From assembly GCA_018712615.1 (NCBI GenBank), contig DVGS01000171.1:146-64145 (forward strand): a stretch of 64,000 nucleotides of DNA, read 5' to 3'. Made by a program: the position numbers and the translations under genes. This DNA comes from Candidatus Egerieimonas faecigallinarum. Lineage in GTDB: Bacteria; Bacillota; Clostridia; Lachnospirales; Lachnospiraceae. Positions 57,124 to 64,000 of the stretch are shown here, in pieces; positions within the stretch are counted from its first letter, which is position 1, and the number at the start of each line of letters is the position of its first letter. The notes under the pieces are model-generated. The model made no database searches. It was given only the letters and a program-made list of their open reading frames with translations, and had not been told where the DNA came from.

Positions 57124-58680
57124 TTAGACCTTTTTTACGACCAGAAGCCTCTGGCCGGTCCGGAGAGCGTCATCCTTCATCTGGTTCATCTCCCGGATAT
57201 CCTCCGCGGTGGTATAAAACTCCTTCGCGATATCCCAGAGCGTATCCCCCTGCTGCACAATGTAGCAGACAATGCCCGGCATGCTCTGAAATTTCTCCAT
57301 GTCGAGCTCCCGCTCCTCGATGCCGCGGATAATCTCCGTCTGCTCTCTTCGGAGCACCATGGCATTCAGATTCACAACCGCCTTCGCCTCGATCTCATTG
57401 CTGTCCGCCATGGTCGTGGAGAGCTGTTCCAGTCCTGAGCGCAGATAGAAGACGCAGTCCGGGGAAATTCCCGGAGCCTCAATGGTATGGCTGAAGGGAA
57501 TCGCGCTCTCCATGGAATAAAACGGCATCTCATCGTTGCTGATGATATACAGGACGCGCACCTGCACCACACCCTGCACCTGAATGCCGTCCTGGACGAT
57601 CCGCGCTTCATCGAGCTTCACGCTTCCGTCACTGTGGCAGATCTGCAGAATCTTTCCCTCCGGCTCCCGCGTCTTCAGCCGCTCCGCCACCCGGCATTTG
57701 GCAAAATTGCGCACCAGCAGTTCCTCCAGAGTCTCGGGCGTGCGCTGCAGAACGCACTCCTTCCGCGGAGTATAGACATCCAGAAGCTGACGGTACTCTC
57801 TCTGACTGTACAGCAGAATATCCATATCAAGAACCACATCCGCCTGCACAATACGCTCCTCACCGTCCGAATCCGGCTTGACTTCCAGCTCCGTCTGAGC
57901 CACAGCTACCTCTATATTCGGAATCATCTCCCCGGTGCAGCCCGAACACTCGATCTCCCCGGTAAAGGGAATTGCGTTCTCAATCCACTGCAGCGGGTTG
58001 GCCTCATCTTCGCCCTCATACAGCACAAACACGAACAATTCGCCCCGGGCGGTTACCCTGCCCTCCTCCGCGCGCAGCTCGAGCCCGCGGATCTCCGCAT
58101 CCTTCCACAAAATTGCGTGCACATTCGGCTTGTTGGAGGCCACAAGAATCTCCTTGCGGATGCGCAGCGAATCCTTTTTGCTCATTGACATTTCAAGCAC
58201 TGTGACCGGGCGGGTCTTTACCGATACGCCGTCCTCCTCCCTGACTCCCAGAGGCAGCGGTATCTCAAAGCCCGCGTCCACAGAAGCCTGAAACGTCACC
58301 ACAGCCTTGACATTCAGCTTCCGCGTGTTCATAAGATGCAGGCTCAGATCCTCGATCTCCCATTTCAGCCGCACTTTATCTCCGCTCTGCAGCCCTTCCA
58401 GGCGCAGAATCTCATTGATCGGCAGATTTCCCTGAAGGCTATGTACGCGTCCCTCTCCTCCGTCTTCCACATACAGCAGAAAAAAAGTAAGTTTTCCCAT
58501 AATCCGCGCCTGGCCCTCAGCAATCTGAACCTCCTCCACAGATACCTCGCCCTTTTTCTGTATCATCCGCCCCACGTCCGGCTTACTGTCAGGCACATTT
58601 ACATCCTCATCAAACGTGATCTGGCTGACCGCATCGCTTTTTGTCTTTACCATATGCAGAATATTCTTTAAAATTTCCAT
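57124..58680 (-). CDS. DUF3794 (SPOCS)-repeat protein with a C-terminal LysM domain
   Basis: C-terminal LysM (YIVQQGDTLWDIAKEFYTTAEDIREMNQM...GQRLLV). The N-terminal ~450 aa are beta-rich repeats resembling the sporulation-associated DUF3794 family. Confidence 0.7.
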   Translation of the reverse strand: MEILKNILHMVKTKSDAVSQITFDEDVNVPDSKPDVGRMIQKKGEVSVEEVQIAEGQARIMGKLTFFLLYVEDGGEGRVHSLQGNLPINEILRLEGLQSGDKVRLKWEIEDLSLHLMNTRKLNVKAVVTFQASVDAGFEIPLPLGVREEDGVSVKTRPVTVLEMSMSKKDSLRIRKEILVASNKPNVHAILWKDAEIRGLELRAEEGRVTARGELFVFVLYEGEDEANPLQWIENAIPFTGEIECSGCTGEMIPNIEVAVAQTELEVKPDSDGEERIVQADVVLDMDILLYSQREYRQLLDVYTPRKECVLQRTPETLEELLVRNFAKCRVAERLKTREPEGKILQICHSDGSVKLDEARIVQDGIQVQGVVQVRVLYIISNDEMPFYSMESAIPFSHTIEAPGISPDCVFYLRSGLEQLSTTMADSNEIEAKAVVNLNAMVLRREQTEIIRGIEERELDMEKFQSMPGIVCYIVQQGDTLWDIAKEFYTTAEDIREMNQMKDDALRTGQRLLVVKKV

Positions 58681-58752
58681 ATCGAACCCCTCTCCCCTGA
58701 TTTACCATTACTTTTAATCTATGATATTCCGGACGCCCTTATGCCCCGTATT

Positions 58753-59172
58753 TCAACTGTCCTCAAAGAGCACCGGCAGTTCCTGATTCTCTGTGCGCAC
58801 CACAATATACGGACACGATCCGTCTGATTTCTGTTCTTCCCTCGACTGCGGGCCCAAAAGTTTCGTGCGGAAGATCACTGTCGCCCCGGATGATGACAGG
58901 CTTTCGATCTGTATGCTGTAACCTCCGGTCTCCTGTTTTCCATATCCCCGCATCAGATACAATACCTCTCCGTCCTGATAGCAGAGCTGGTAGGGCTCCT
59001 CCCCCTGCTCCTCCATCGTCTTCATCACTTCCTCGGGGATGTCCTCCGTCTTCATCACCGTATAGGCAAGCTCTTTCTCCCCGTTCCGGTCAATGCGCTC
59101 CGCCCTGCACCCGCCCGCCAAAAGCAGCAGGCATACCAGGCACAGAGCAGCCGGAATCCGCCCTTTTTTCAT
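58753..59172 (-). CDS. PrcB-family lipoprotein
   Basis: Lipobox (LLLAGGCRA) and the GGYSIQIESL motif. ATG 59172 after GGGAGGAAA. Confidence 0.6.
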   Translation of the reverse strand: MKKGRIPAALCLVCLLLLAGGCRAERIDRNGEKELAYTVMKTEDIPEEVMKTMEEQGEEPYQLCYQDGEVLYLMRGYGKQETGGYSIQIESLSSSGATVIFRTKLLGPQSREEQKSDGSCPYIVVRTENQELPVLFEDS

Positions 59173-59358
59173 CTCGGTTTCCTCCCGGGATTTCACACAG
59201 CGGAAAGGCCGCTGTATTTTCATAAATATTTTATGATACCCCTGCCCAAATATGCTTGCAAAGCCCGTATTTTTTCCGTATAATATTTTCTAAGCACATC
59301 TATATACCGAGCGGTATATAGACAGAATACATACGAAACCTGTGGAGGATTCATTGTT

Positions 59359-60099
59359 ATGATTCGATTTCTCATCGTCTGTATTGAAGTCACTGGATTT
59401 CTGATTATCTTCATTCCCGTCATGCTTGTGGAGATGCTGATCGGAAAATTCAATCCCCGCGCCAAGGATATCAGCACGCTGCGCATTGTCCAGGGCGCGT
59501 TCCGGCTCATCCTCTGGACCACCGGCGTCCGGATCACTGAGATCGGACACGAAAATGTCCCGTCAGACCGGCCGGTGCTCTATATCGGAAATCACCGCAG
59601 CTACTTCGACATCCTGCTCACCTATACCCGCTGTGAACGCCTGACCGGCTATGTGGCAAAGAAGTCCATGGAGAAGGTTCCGCTTTTGTCCACCTGGATG
59701 AGATTCCTGCACTGTCTGTTCATGGACAGGGAGAATCTGAAGGAGGCGCTCAAGACTATCCTTGAGGGTGTGGAGCTCATCAAATCCGGCATCTCCGTCT
59801 GCATCTTTCCGGAGGGAACCCGCAGCCGCAACGACAGCGATCTCGACATGCTCCCGTTCCATGAGGGCAGCTTCAAGCTTGCCACCAAGACGGACTGCCC
59901 CATCATCCCGATCTCCATCAACAACAGCTCCGCGATCTGGGAGAAGCAGTTCCCGAAGATCCGCAGATGCCATGTAATTGTGGAATACGGAAAGCCGATC
60001 ATTCCTTCCGAGCTTTCCAGGGACGATAAGAAGCATATCGGAACGTATGTCCAGAACGTGATCCTGGAGACACTGAAAAAGAATGAACAGCTGCTTTAA
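59359..60099 (+). CDS. plsC: 1-acyl-sn-glycerol-3-phosphate acyltransferase
   Basis: The NHRSYFD (HX4D) and FPEGTRS motifs. Confidence 0.9.
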   Translation: MIRFLIVCIEVTGFLIIFIPVMLVEMLIGKFNPRAKDISTLRIVQGAFRLILWTTGVRITEIGHENVPSDRPVLYIGNHRSYFDILLTYTRCERLTGYVAKKSMEKVPLLSTWMRFLHCLFMDRENLKEALKTILEGVELIKSGISVCIFPEGTRSRNDSDLDMLPFHEGSFKLATKTDCPIIPISINNSSAIWEKQFPKIRRCHVIVEYGKPIIPSELSRDDKKHIGTYVQNVILETLKKNEQLL

Positions 60100-60202
60100 A
60101 CTGGACTGCTTAAAAAAATAGAAATTGGCACTTTCAATCAAGACACTTTTGCGTATAATTATTTTCAGACAAGAGCAAGACATGGAGAGGAGTTCTGATG
60201 TT

Positions 60203-60808
60203 ATGAAAAATGAGAAAACGCAAAAGCTGGTTCTGACAGGCGTATTTGCCGCACTGTCATATGTAATTTTTACTTTTCTGCAGTTTAAGATCCCGCTTCC
60301 GGGAGGGGACGCCACCTCGATTCACCTCGGCAACGCGGTCTGTGTGCTGGGCGCGCTGATTCTCGGCGGACTCTACGGCGGCATCGGAGGCGCGATCGGA
60401 ATGACGATCGGCGATCTGTTCGATCCCGTCTATGTGATTTACGCGCCGAAGACCTTTGTGCTGAAGCTGTGCATCGGACTGATCACCGGACTGATCGCGC
60501 ACAGATTCGGTAAAATCACCGAGTGCAGCGACCGGGCGAAAGTGTTCAAATGGGTGTCTCTGGCAGCCGCCGGCGGCCTTATCTTCAACGTGATCGCAGA
60601 TCCGCTGGTCGGATATCTGTATAAGCTGGTAATCCTCGGAAAGCCTGCCGCAGAGATCACGCTCGCCTGGAACATCGCTTCTACGTCCATCAACGCAGTC
60701 ATCTCAGCGGTCGTATCCGTAGTCGTGTACATGGCTCTGCGCCCTGCGCTGAAACGGGCGGGAATGTTCTACAGAATCGGATTTTCCAGAAAGTCTGTGG
60801 CGCATTGA
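60203..60808 (+). CDS. ECF transporter S component (substrate unknown)
   Basis: ~200 aa with 5-6 TM helices. N-terminus is KTQKLVLTGVFAALSYVI...IPLPGG, a style typical of ECF-S proteins. ATG 60203 after GGAGAGGA. Confidence 0.65.
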   Translation: MKNEKTQKLVLTGVFAALSYVIFTFLQFKIPLPGGDATSIHLGNAVCVLGALILGGLYGGIGGAIGMTIGDLFDPVYVIYAPKTFVLKLCIGLITGLIAHRFGKITECSDRAKVFKWVSLAAAGGLIFNVIADPLVGYLYKLVILGKPAAEITLAWNIASTSINAVISAVVSVVVYMALRPALKRAGMFYRIGFSRKSVAH

Positions 60809-60823
60809 TTTTCTTAAGAGAAT

Positions 60824-60866
60824 AAAAAATACCGTCAGCTTCGAGAGTGGCTGACGGTATTTTTTA
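60824..60866. terminator. bidirectional intrinsic terminator
   Basis: AAAAAATACCGTCAGC...GCTGACGGTATTTTTT. Confidence 0.85.
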
Positions 60867-60911
60867 TTCTGCGTGGATTTTTCACGGTCGCGCATCTGTC
60901 AGTGCTTCCGG

Positions 60912-61469
60912 TTAAACCCCAAAACGGTCATAGTTCTCATAACAGTCCAGGCATACTATTTCCCCATTACATATGCGCATCATATTTTCTGAAGCAGTTT
61001 CGCCGCAGCGGCTGCATATAGCTGACCGGAATATTTTCGCCTTTTCCGGTAAGGCAATCGTTGTATCTTTTACATCAAACATTTCCTCCGGTTCCAGGCT
61101 TTGATAATATGCAAAAGATTCTGCCCTTGTCATTCCCTCCGGCCTTGGCTTTAATACTAATCGCACGGATTTTCCGTTCTTTCTGTTATAAAAAGAAAAT
61201 GCCTGCTTCCCTCTCATATGAAATAAGAGATTCCCTTTTCCTACACTGCATCCGAGAATTACCTGAATCGCGTCCACACCGCAGGTATCATTTTCTGAAA
61301 TACAGACAATCTCTTCATCTGATGAAATCCCCACTGTCTGGCCTTCAATTTTTTCTTCCTGCAGATCCAAAAGTTTTATCGCGTATAGAGCCGCTTTATA
61401 TCCTATTGTAAGACCCCCGCACTCGTGTCCATGAAACTCTCTGCATCTCTTCCAAATGATGTTCTCCAT
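60912..61469 (-). CDS. FmdE-family protein with a C-terminal zinc ribbon
   Basis: FHGHECGGLTIGYKA and CGVDAIQ motifs of the FmdE domain, plus C-terminal CSRCGE...CLDC. Confidence 0.75.
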   Translation of the reverse strand: MENIIWKRCREFHGHECGGLTIGYKAALYAIKLLDLQEEKIEGQTVGISSDEEIVCISENDTCGVDAIQVILGCSVGKGNLLFHMRGKQAFSFYNRKNGKSVRLVLKPRPEGMTRAESFAYYQSLEPEEMFDVKDTTIALPEKAKIFRSAICSRCGETASENMMRICNGEIVCLDCYENYDRFGV

Positions 61470-61550
61470 AGTACTTTTCCTCCCACTTTATATTTTCCGG
61501 CAAATATCCATATTAATCCACCATCATTACCTTTTTGCCTTTTACCTCTA

Positions 61551-61640
61551 TCACTTCTCTATTTTTTCTCTTCCATAGTCCGAAAATAATAATGTTATTC
61601 CTAATACTGCCAGAATGAGTGTCTTGTTATAATTATTCAT
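61551..61640 (-). CDS. candidate 29-aa hydrophobic small ORF
   Basis: Sequence MNNYNKTLILAVLGITLLFSDYGREKIEK. ATG 61640 is preceded by AGGAGGGG at 7 nt. It lies 81 nt upstream of fmdE on the same strand. Not in the ORF track because it is under 60 aa. Confidence 0.35.
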   Translation of the reverse strand: MNNYNKTLILAVLGITLLFSDYGREKIEK

Positions 61641-62347
61641 TCTGTATCCCCTCCTGTATTTTAATCATTTTACTCTTCTGCTTATTTTTGTACAAGCTCC
61701 TTGGGGAGGAGGATATTAATTTTCAAAAACAATGAGTCTTTACAAAAAGAGAGAACTTCATGGAGGCTCAGGGCTTTACTAAAGTCTAAACCTCATGGAC
61801 AACCAGGACGATGATTGAAAACATTATGCAATGACTTCTACGAAAAAATTTAGTAACAGACAAAAAGAGCAAGCAAATGGATTAGATTGAGGCATATGGA
61901 TACTTTTAAAGCACAAGCAGAAGAAATTGTTATGGGAGAACTGCTAAATATTGAGTTGAATATCTTGTCCAACGTTTGTCTATCTGACGGTCATTTTTAT
62001 ATGCGTTTATCTTAGTCCCCAGAGCTATAATTTCCATATTTCAAGGTCTTTAAAAATCACAGAGTAATTATACGGATATTGATCCATCCCTGTCCAATCT
62101 TTTTGGATAAACACAATAAGAATGGAAAGCACAACAATAAATACTTCAAGAGTTTTAAAAATAATATTTCTAAAAGTATAAAATAGTCAATCTGATCGGA
62201 TTACCACCAATTGTTCCTTCAATTTTTAATTAAAGTATAGTTAGTTTTAATTTTCACTATGTCGCTTAGTACTTATAGCAAACATTTCTTGTTTTTACCA
62301 CAAAATTATAATTCACTCTACATTTTTAAACATTTACGGGCAAATTA

Positions 62348-62376
62348 TTGCAATTTATTCTCCTCAATCATATAAT
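62348..62376 (+). promoter_or_regulatory. near-consensus sigma-A promoter in the AT-rich ORF-poor region
   Basis: TTGCAA (62348-62353), a 17-nt spacer, then TATAAT (62371-62376). It lies ~360 nt upstream of the WYL regulator gene. Confidence 0.55.
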
Positions 62377-62671
62377 ATATTCAGTATGTAAGAGAGAAGG
62401 ATAATCTATGGAACGTAAGTTATAAAAATCTGTGACATCTATGCGTCAAGCATGACATTAGAAAAGCCACATTGCAAAACACACCGGTCTATCCTCTGCC
62501 ACACTTACAATACTAAGAAGGAATCAGGAGGTTAATTGTTCTGTTTTCTTAAAGATTGCAAATGTACTTCCAGTGCAACGCCGATGATATGATGGACTTT
62601 AGAGATGACACAGATGATAACACATTTCTGATTGAAGAAGCTAAGGATTAGCGATTGTTATTTTTTTAAAC

Positions 62672-62687
62672 GGACATCCATCTGTCC
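62672..62687. promoter_or_regulatory. inverted repeat GGACA-N6-TGTCC upstream of the WYL regulator gene (candidate operator)
   Basis: Perfect 5-bp arms at 62672-62676 and 62683-62687, about 50 nt upstream of the ATG. Confidence 0.3.
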
Positions 62688-62737
62688 ACCTCGTCCTTTA
62701 TACTTAGCTTATGATAAAAAAGAATTGAGGTGATTTG

Positions 62738-63703
62738 ATGGAGAACACAAAACAAGAACGCTTGTTAGAGATCTTCTTCCGTGCTTTGCGTGGTGAGGGG
62801 CTGTCTGTTCAGAAATTAGCTAATGAATATGAGGTGTCAACCAAAAGTATTAGCCGAGACATCAACGACTTAAAAGCCTTTCTTGCAGAACATAGAGAGT
62901 TGGTTGGAAATACTGAACTAAAATATTCTAATCAAGAAAAACTCTATCATCTGTATATGGATGAATTTCTAACAAACGCGGAACTGTTTGCTCTTATCGA
63001 AGTGATGATTGGTGCAAGAGCATTTTCCAGGGAAGAACTTTTAACACTAACGAACAAGCTCAAAGAATTTACTACAACGACGAATCGTCCAATGCTTAAT
63101 GCCTTAATCCGTAAAGAGCTATATCACTACACAGAAATTAAACATGATTGCGCAAGTGTTCAGCAGATGCTATGGAAACTGGCGAATTGCATCACAGAAA
63201 GGAAAGAAATTACGATTGAGTATTACAGAGCAGATCGTGCATGGAAGACTCACCGCATTCGCCCTGCCTCAGTAATGTTTACAGACAATTTCTTTTATCT
63301 TATAGCCTTTAATACGAAAGGTGCCCCAGACAAGCCATTGTACTTCCGTGTTGATAGAATCAAATATATAACCGAGCATCGAAAGAACTTTACCACCGAA
63401 GATGCACCAGATTTCGATGAAGGACTTCTAAGACAGCGTAGTTTATTTATGTGGCCCGGAACACTAAGAACCATTCAGTTTGAATTTACCGGTTCTGCTA
63501 TCCAAGCAATTCTTGACAAACTTCCTACTGCTAAAGTCATTGAGAGAAATGGTAGAACTTATACCATTGAAGCAGATGTTTACGGTGATGGAATAAAGAT
63601 GTGGCTTTTGAGTCAAGGTCGCCGTGTTAAAGTAACTGCTCCAGAAGATTTTGTCGAAGAAATGAAAGCGGAAATCAGTAAAATGTATGCTCACTACAAG
63701 TAG
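62738..63703 (+). CDS. WYL-domain transcriptional regulator (HTH-WYL-WCX; BrxR/CapW-like)
   Basis: N-terminal HTH (KQERLLEIFFRALRGEGLSVQKLANEYEVSTKSISRDINDL) and a WYL domain (ITIEYYRADRAWKTHRIRPASVMFTDNFFYLIAFN...LYFRVDRI). ATG 62738 after GAGGTGA. Confidence 0.8.
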   Translation: MENTKQERLLEIFFRALRGEGLSVQKLANEYEVSTKSISRDINDLKAFLAEHRELVGNTELKYSNQEKLYHLYMDEFLTNAELFALIEVMIGARAFSREELLTLTNKLKEFTTTTNRPMLNALIRKELYHYTEIKHDCASVQQMLWKLANCITERKEITIEYYRADRAWKTHRIRPASVMFTDNFFYLIAFNTKGAPDKPLYFRVDRIKYITEHRKNFTTEDAPDFDEGLLRQRSLFMWPGTLRTIQFEFTGSAIQAILDKLPTAKVIERNGRTYTIEADVYGDGIKMWLLSQGRRVKVTAPEDFVEEMKAEISKMYAHYK

Positions 63704-63737
63704 AGTAAATTAATCAAAACATACGGGAGGTGATTCT

Positions 63738-64000
63738 TTGGAAAAATATTTTTTAGAGATATCCCAAATGTTGGGTGAACACCCTATCATACAGGAAAAA
63801 GAATCCTATAAAATCAAATACATCAACATCTTGGAGTATTTCGTTCAAAAGTATTCCAATGATGATGTTTGGGCGACTTCGGTATTACATCTATATATTA
63901 AAAAGCTGTTAAACAACAGCAACTATTACAAATATAGAATCTCTGATCTCAAGAAACAGTCAAAAGATGTAACTGCCACCAAGTTCAGACCTTTCAAGTT
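63738..64000 (+). CDS. 5' part of an unrecognised ORF, truncated by the window end
   Basis: GGGAGG, 7 nt, then TTG 63738, 34 nt after the WYL gene stop. The frame stays open for 87 codons to the window end (LEKYFLEISQMLGEHPIIQEKESYKIKYINILEYFVQKYSNDDVWATSV...). No family recognised. Absent from the ORF track. Confidence 0.55.
   Translation, partial: MEKYFLEISQMLGEHPIIQEKESYKIKYINILEYFVQKYSNDDVWATSVLHLYIKKLLNNSNYYKYRISDLKKQSKDVTATKFRPFK

Noticed and set aside
61470-62737. A CRISPR array, a ToxI-like tandem repeat, or a retron msr/msd in the AT-rich ORF-poor segment
   Set aside because: Reading both strands showed no regularly spaced direct repeats, no tandem repeats over 15 nt and no long flanking inverted repeats. 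No cas, reverse transcriptase or toxN-like gene is adjacent.

Overview
The window looks like chromosomal DNA from a spore-forming, fairly GC-rich Clostridia-type Firmicute. That assignment is an inference from gene content: spoVG, spoIIR, a gerA-type operon, yyaC, glgCD, split transketolases and a Bacillus-type long SRP RNA. About 61 kb is densely packed core genes, mostly on the minus strand.

Main gene groups:
- **Replication and repair:** dnaX-ybaB-recR, and a dnaD-like/dnaI-like pair.
- **Cell wall:** murC and murI.
- **Central carbon metabolism:** pfkA, tal/fsa, and two separate split-transketolase pairs.
- **Glycogen:** glgC and glgD.
- **Sporulation and germination:** spoVG, spoIIR and a gerA-type operon.
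- **RNA genes:** a long SRP RNA, tRNA-Ser(CGA), and two identical tandem tRNA-Pro(CGG).

Observations worth a second look:
1. Composition drops abruptly to AT-rich DNA from about 60.9 kb to the window end. This stretch holds an ORF-poor 1.1 kb segment with a near-consensus promoter, then a WYL-domain (BrxR/CapW-like) regulator operonic with an unrecognised ORF that runs off the window edge. This is the best candidate for a regulator-gated, possibly novel defence or accessory system, but its payload lies outside the window.
2. A dense, co-oriented DnaA-box cluster sits immediately upstream of the dnaD-like/dnaI-like operon.
3. A thiol-redox module combines a TlpA-like lipoprotein, an unlisted 47-aa CxxC peptide, a polytopic 4Fe-4S membrane protein and thioredoxin.
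4. An anSME / NDP-sugar transferase / NahK-like kinase / AraC operon has no sulfatase nearby.
5. Several proteins have unusual architectures: a dead-MPN+LysM protein, a lipoprotein trigger factor, a coiled-coil+3D-domain protein and a short GerC.

Product calls come from recalled family motifs, not database searches. Start codons were refined by eye from SD spacing and may be off.
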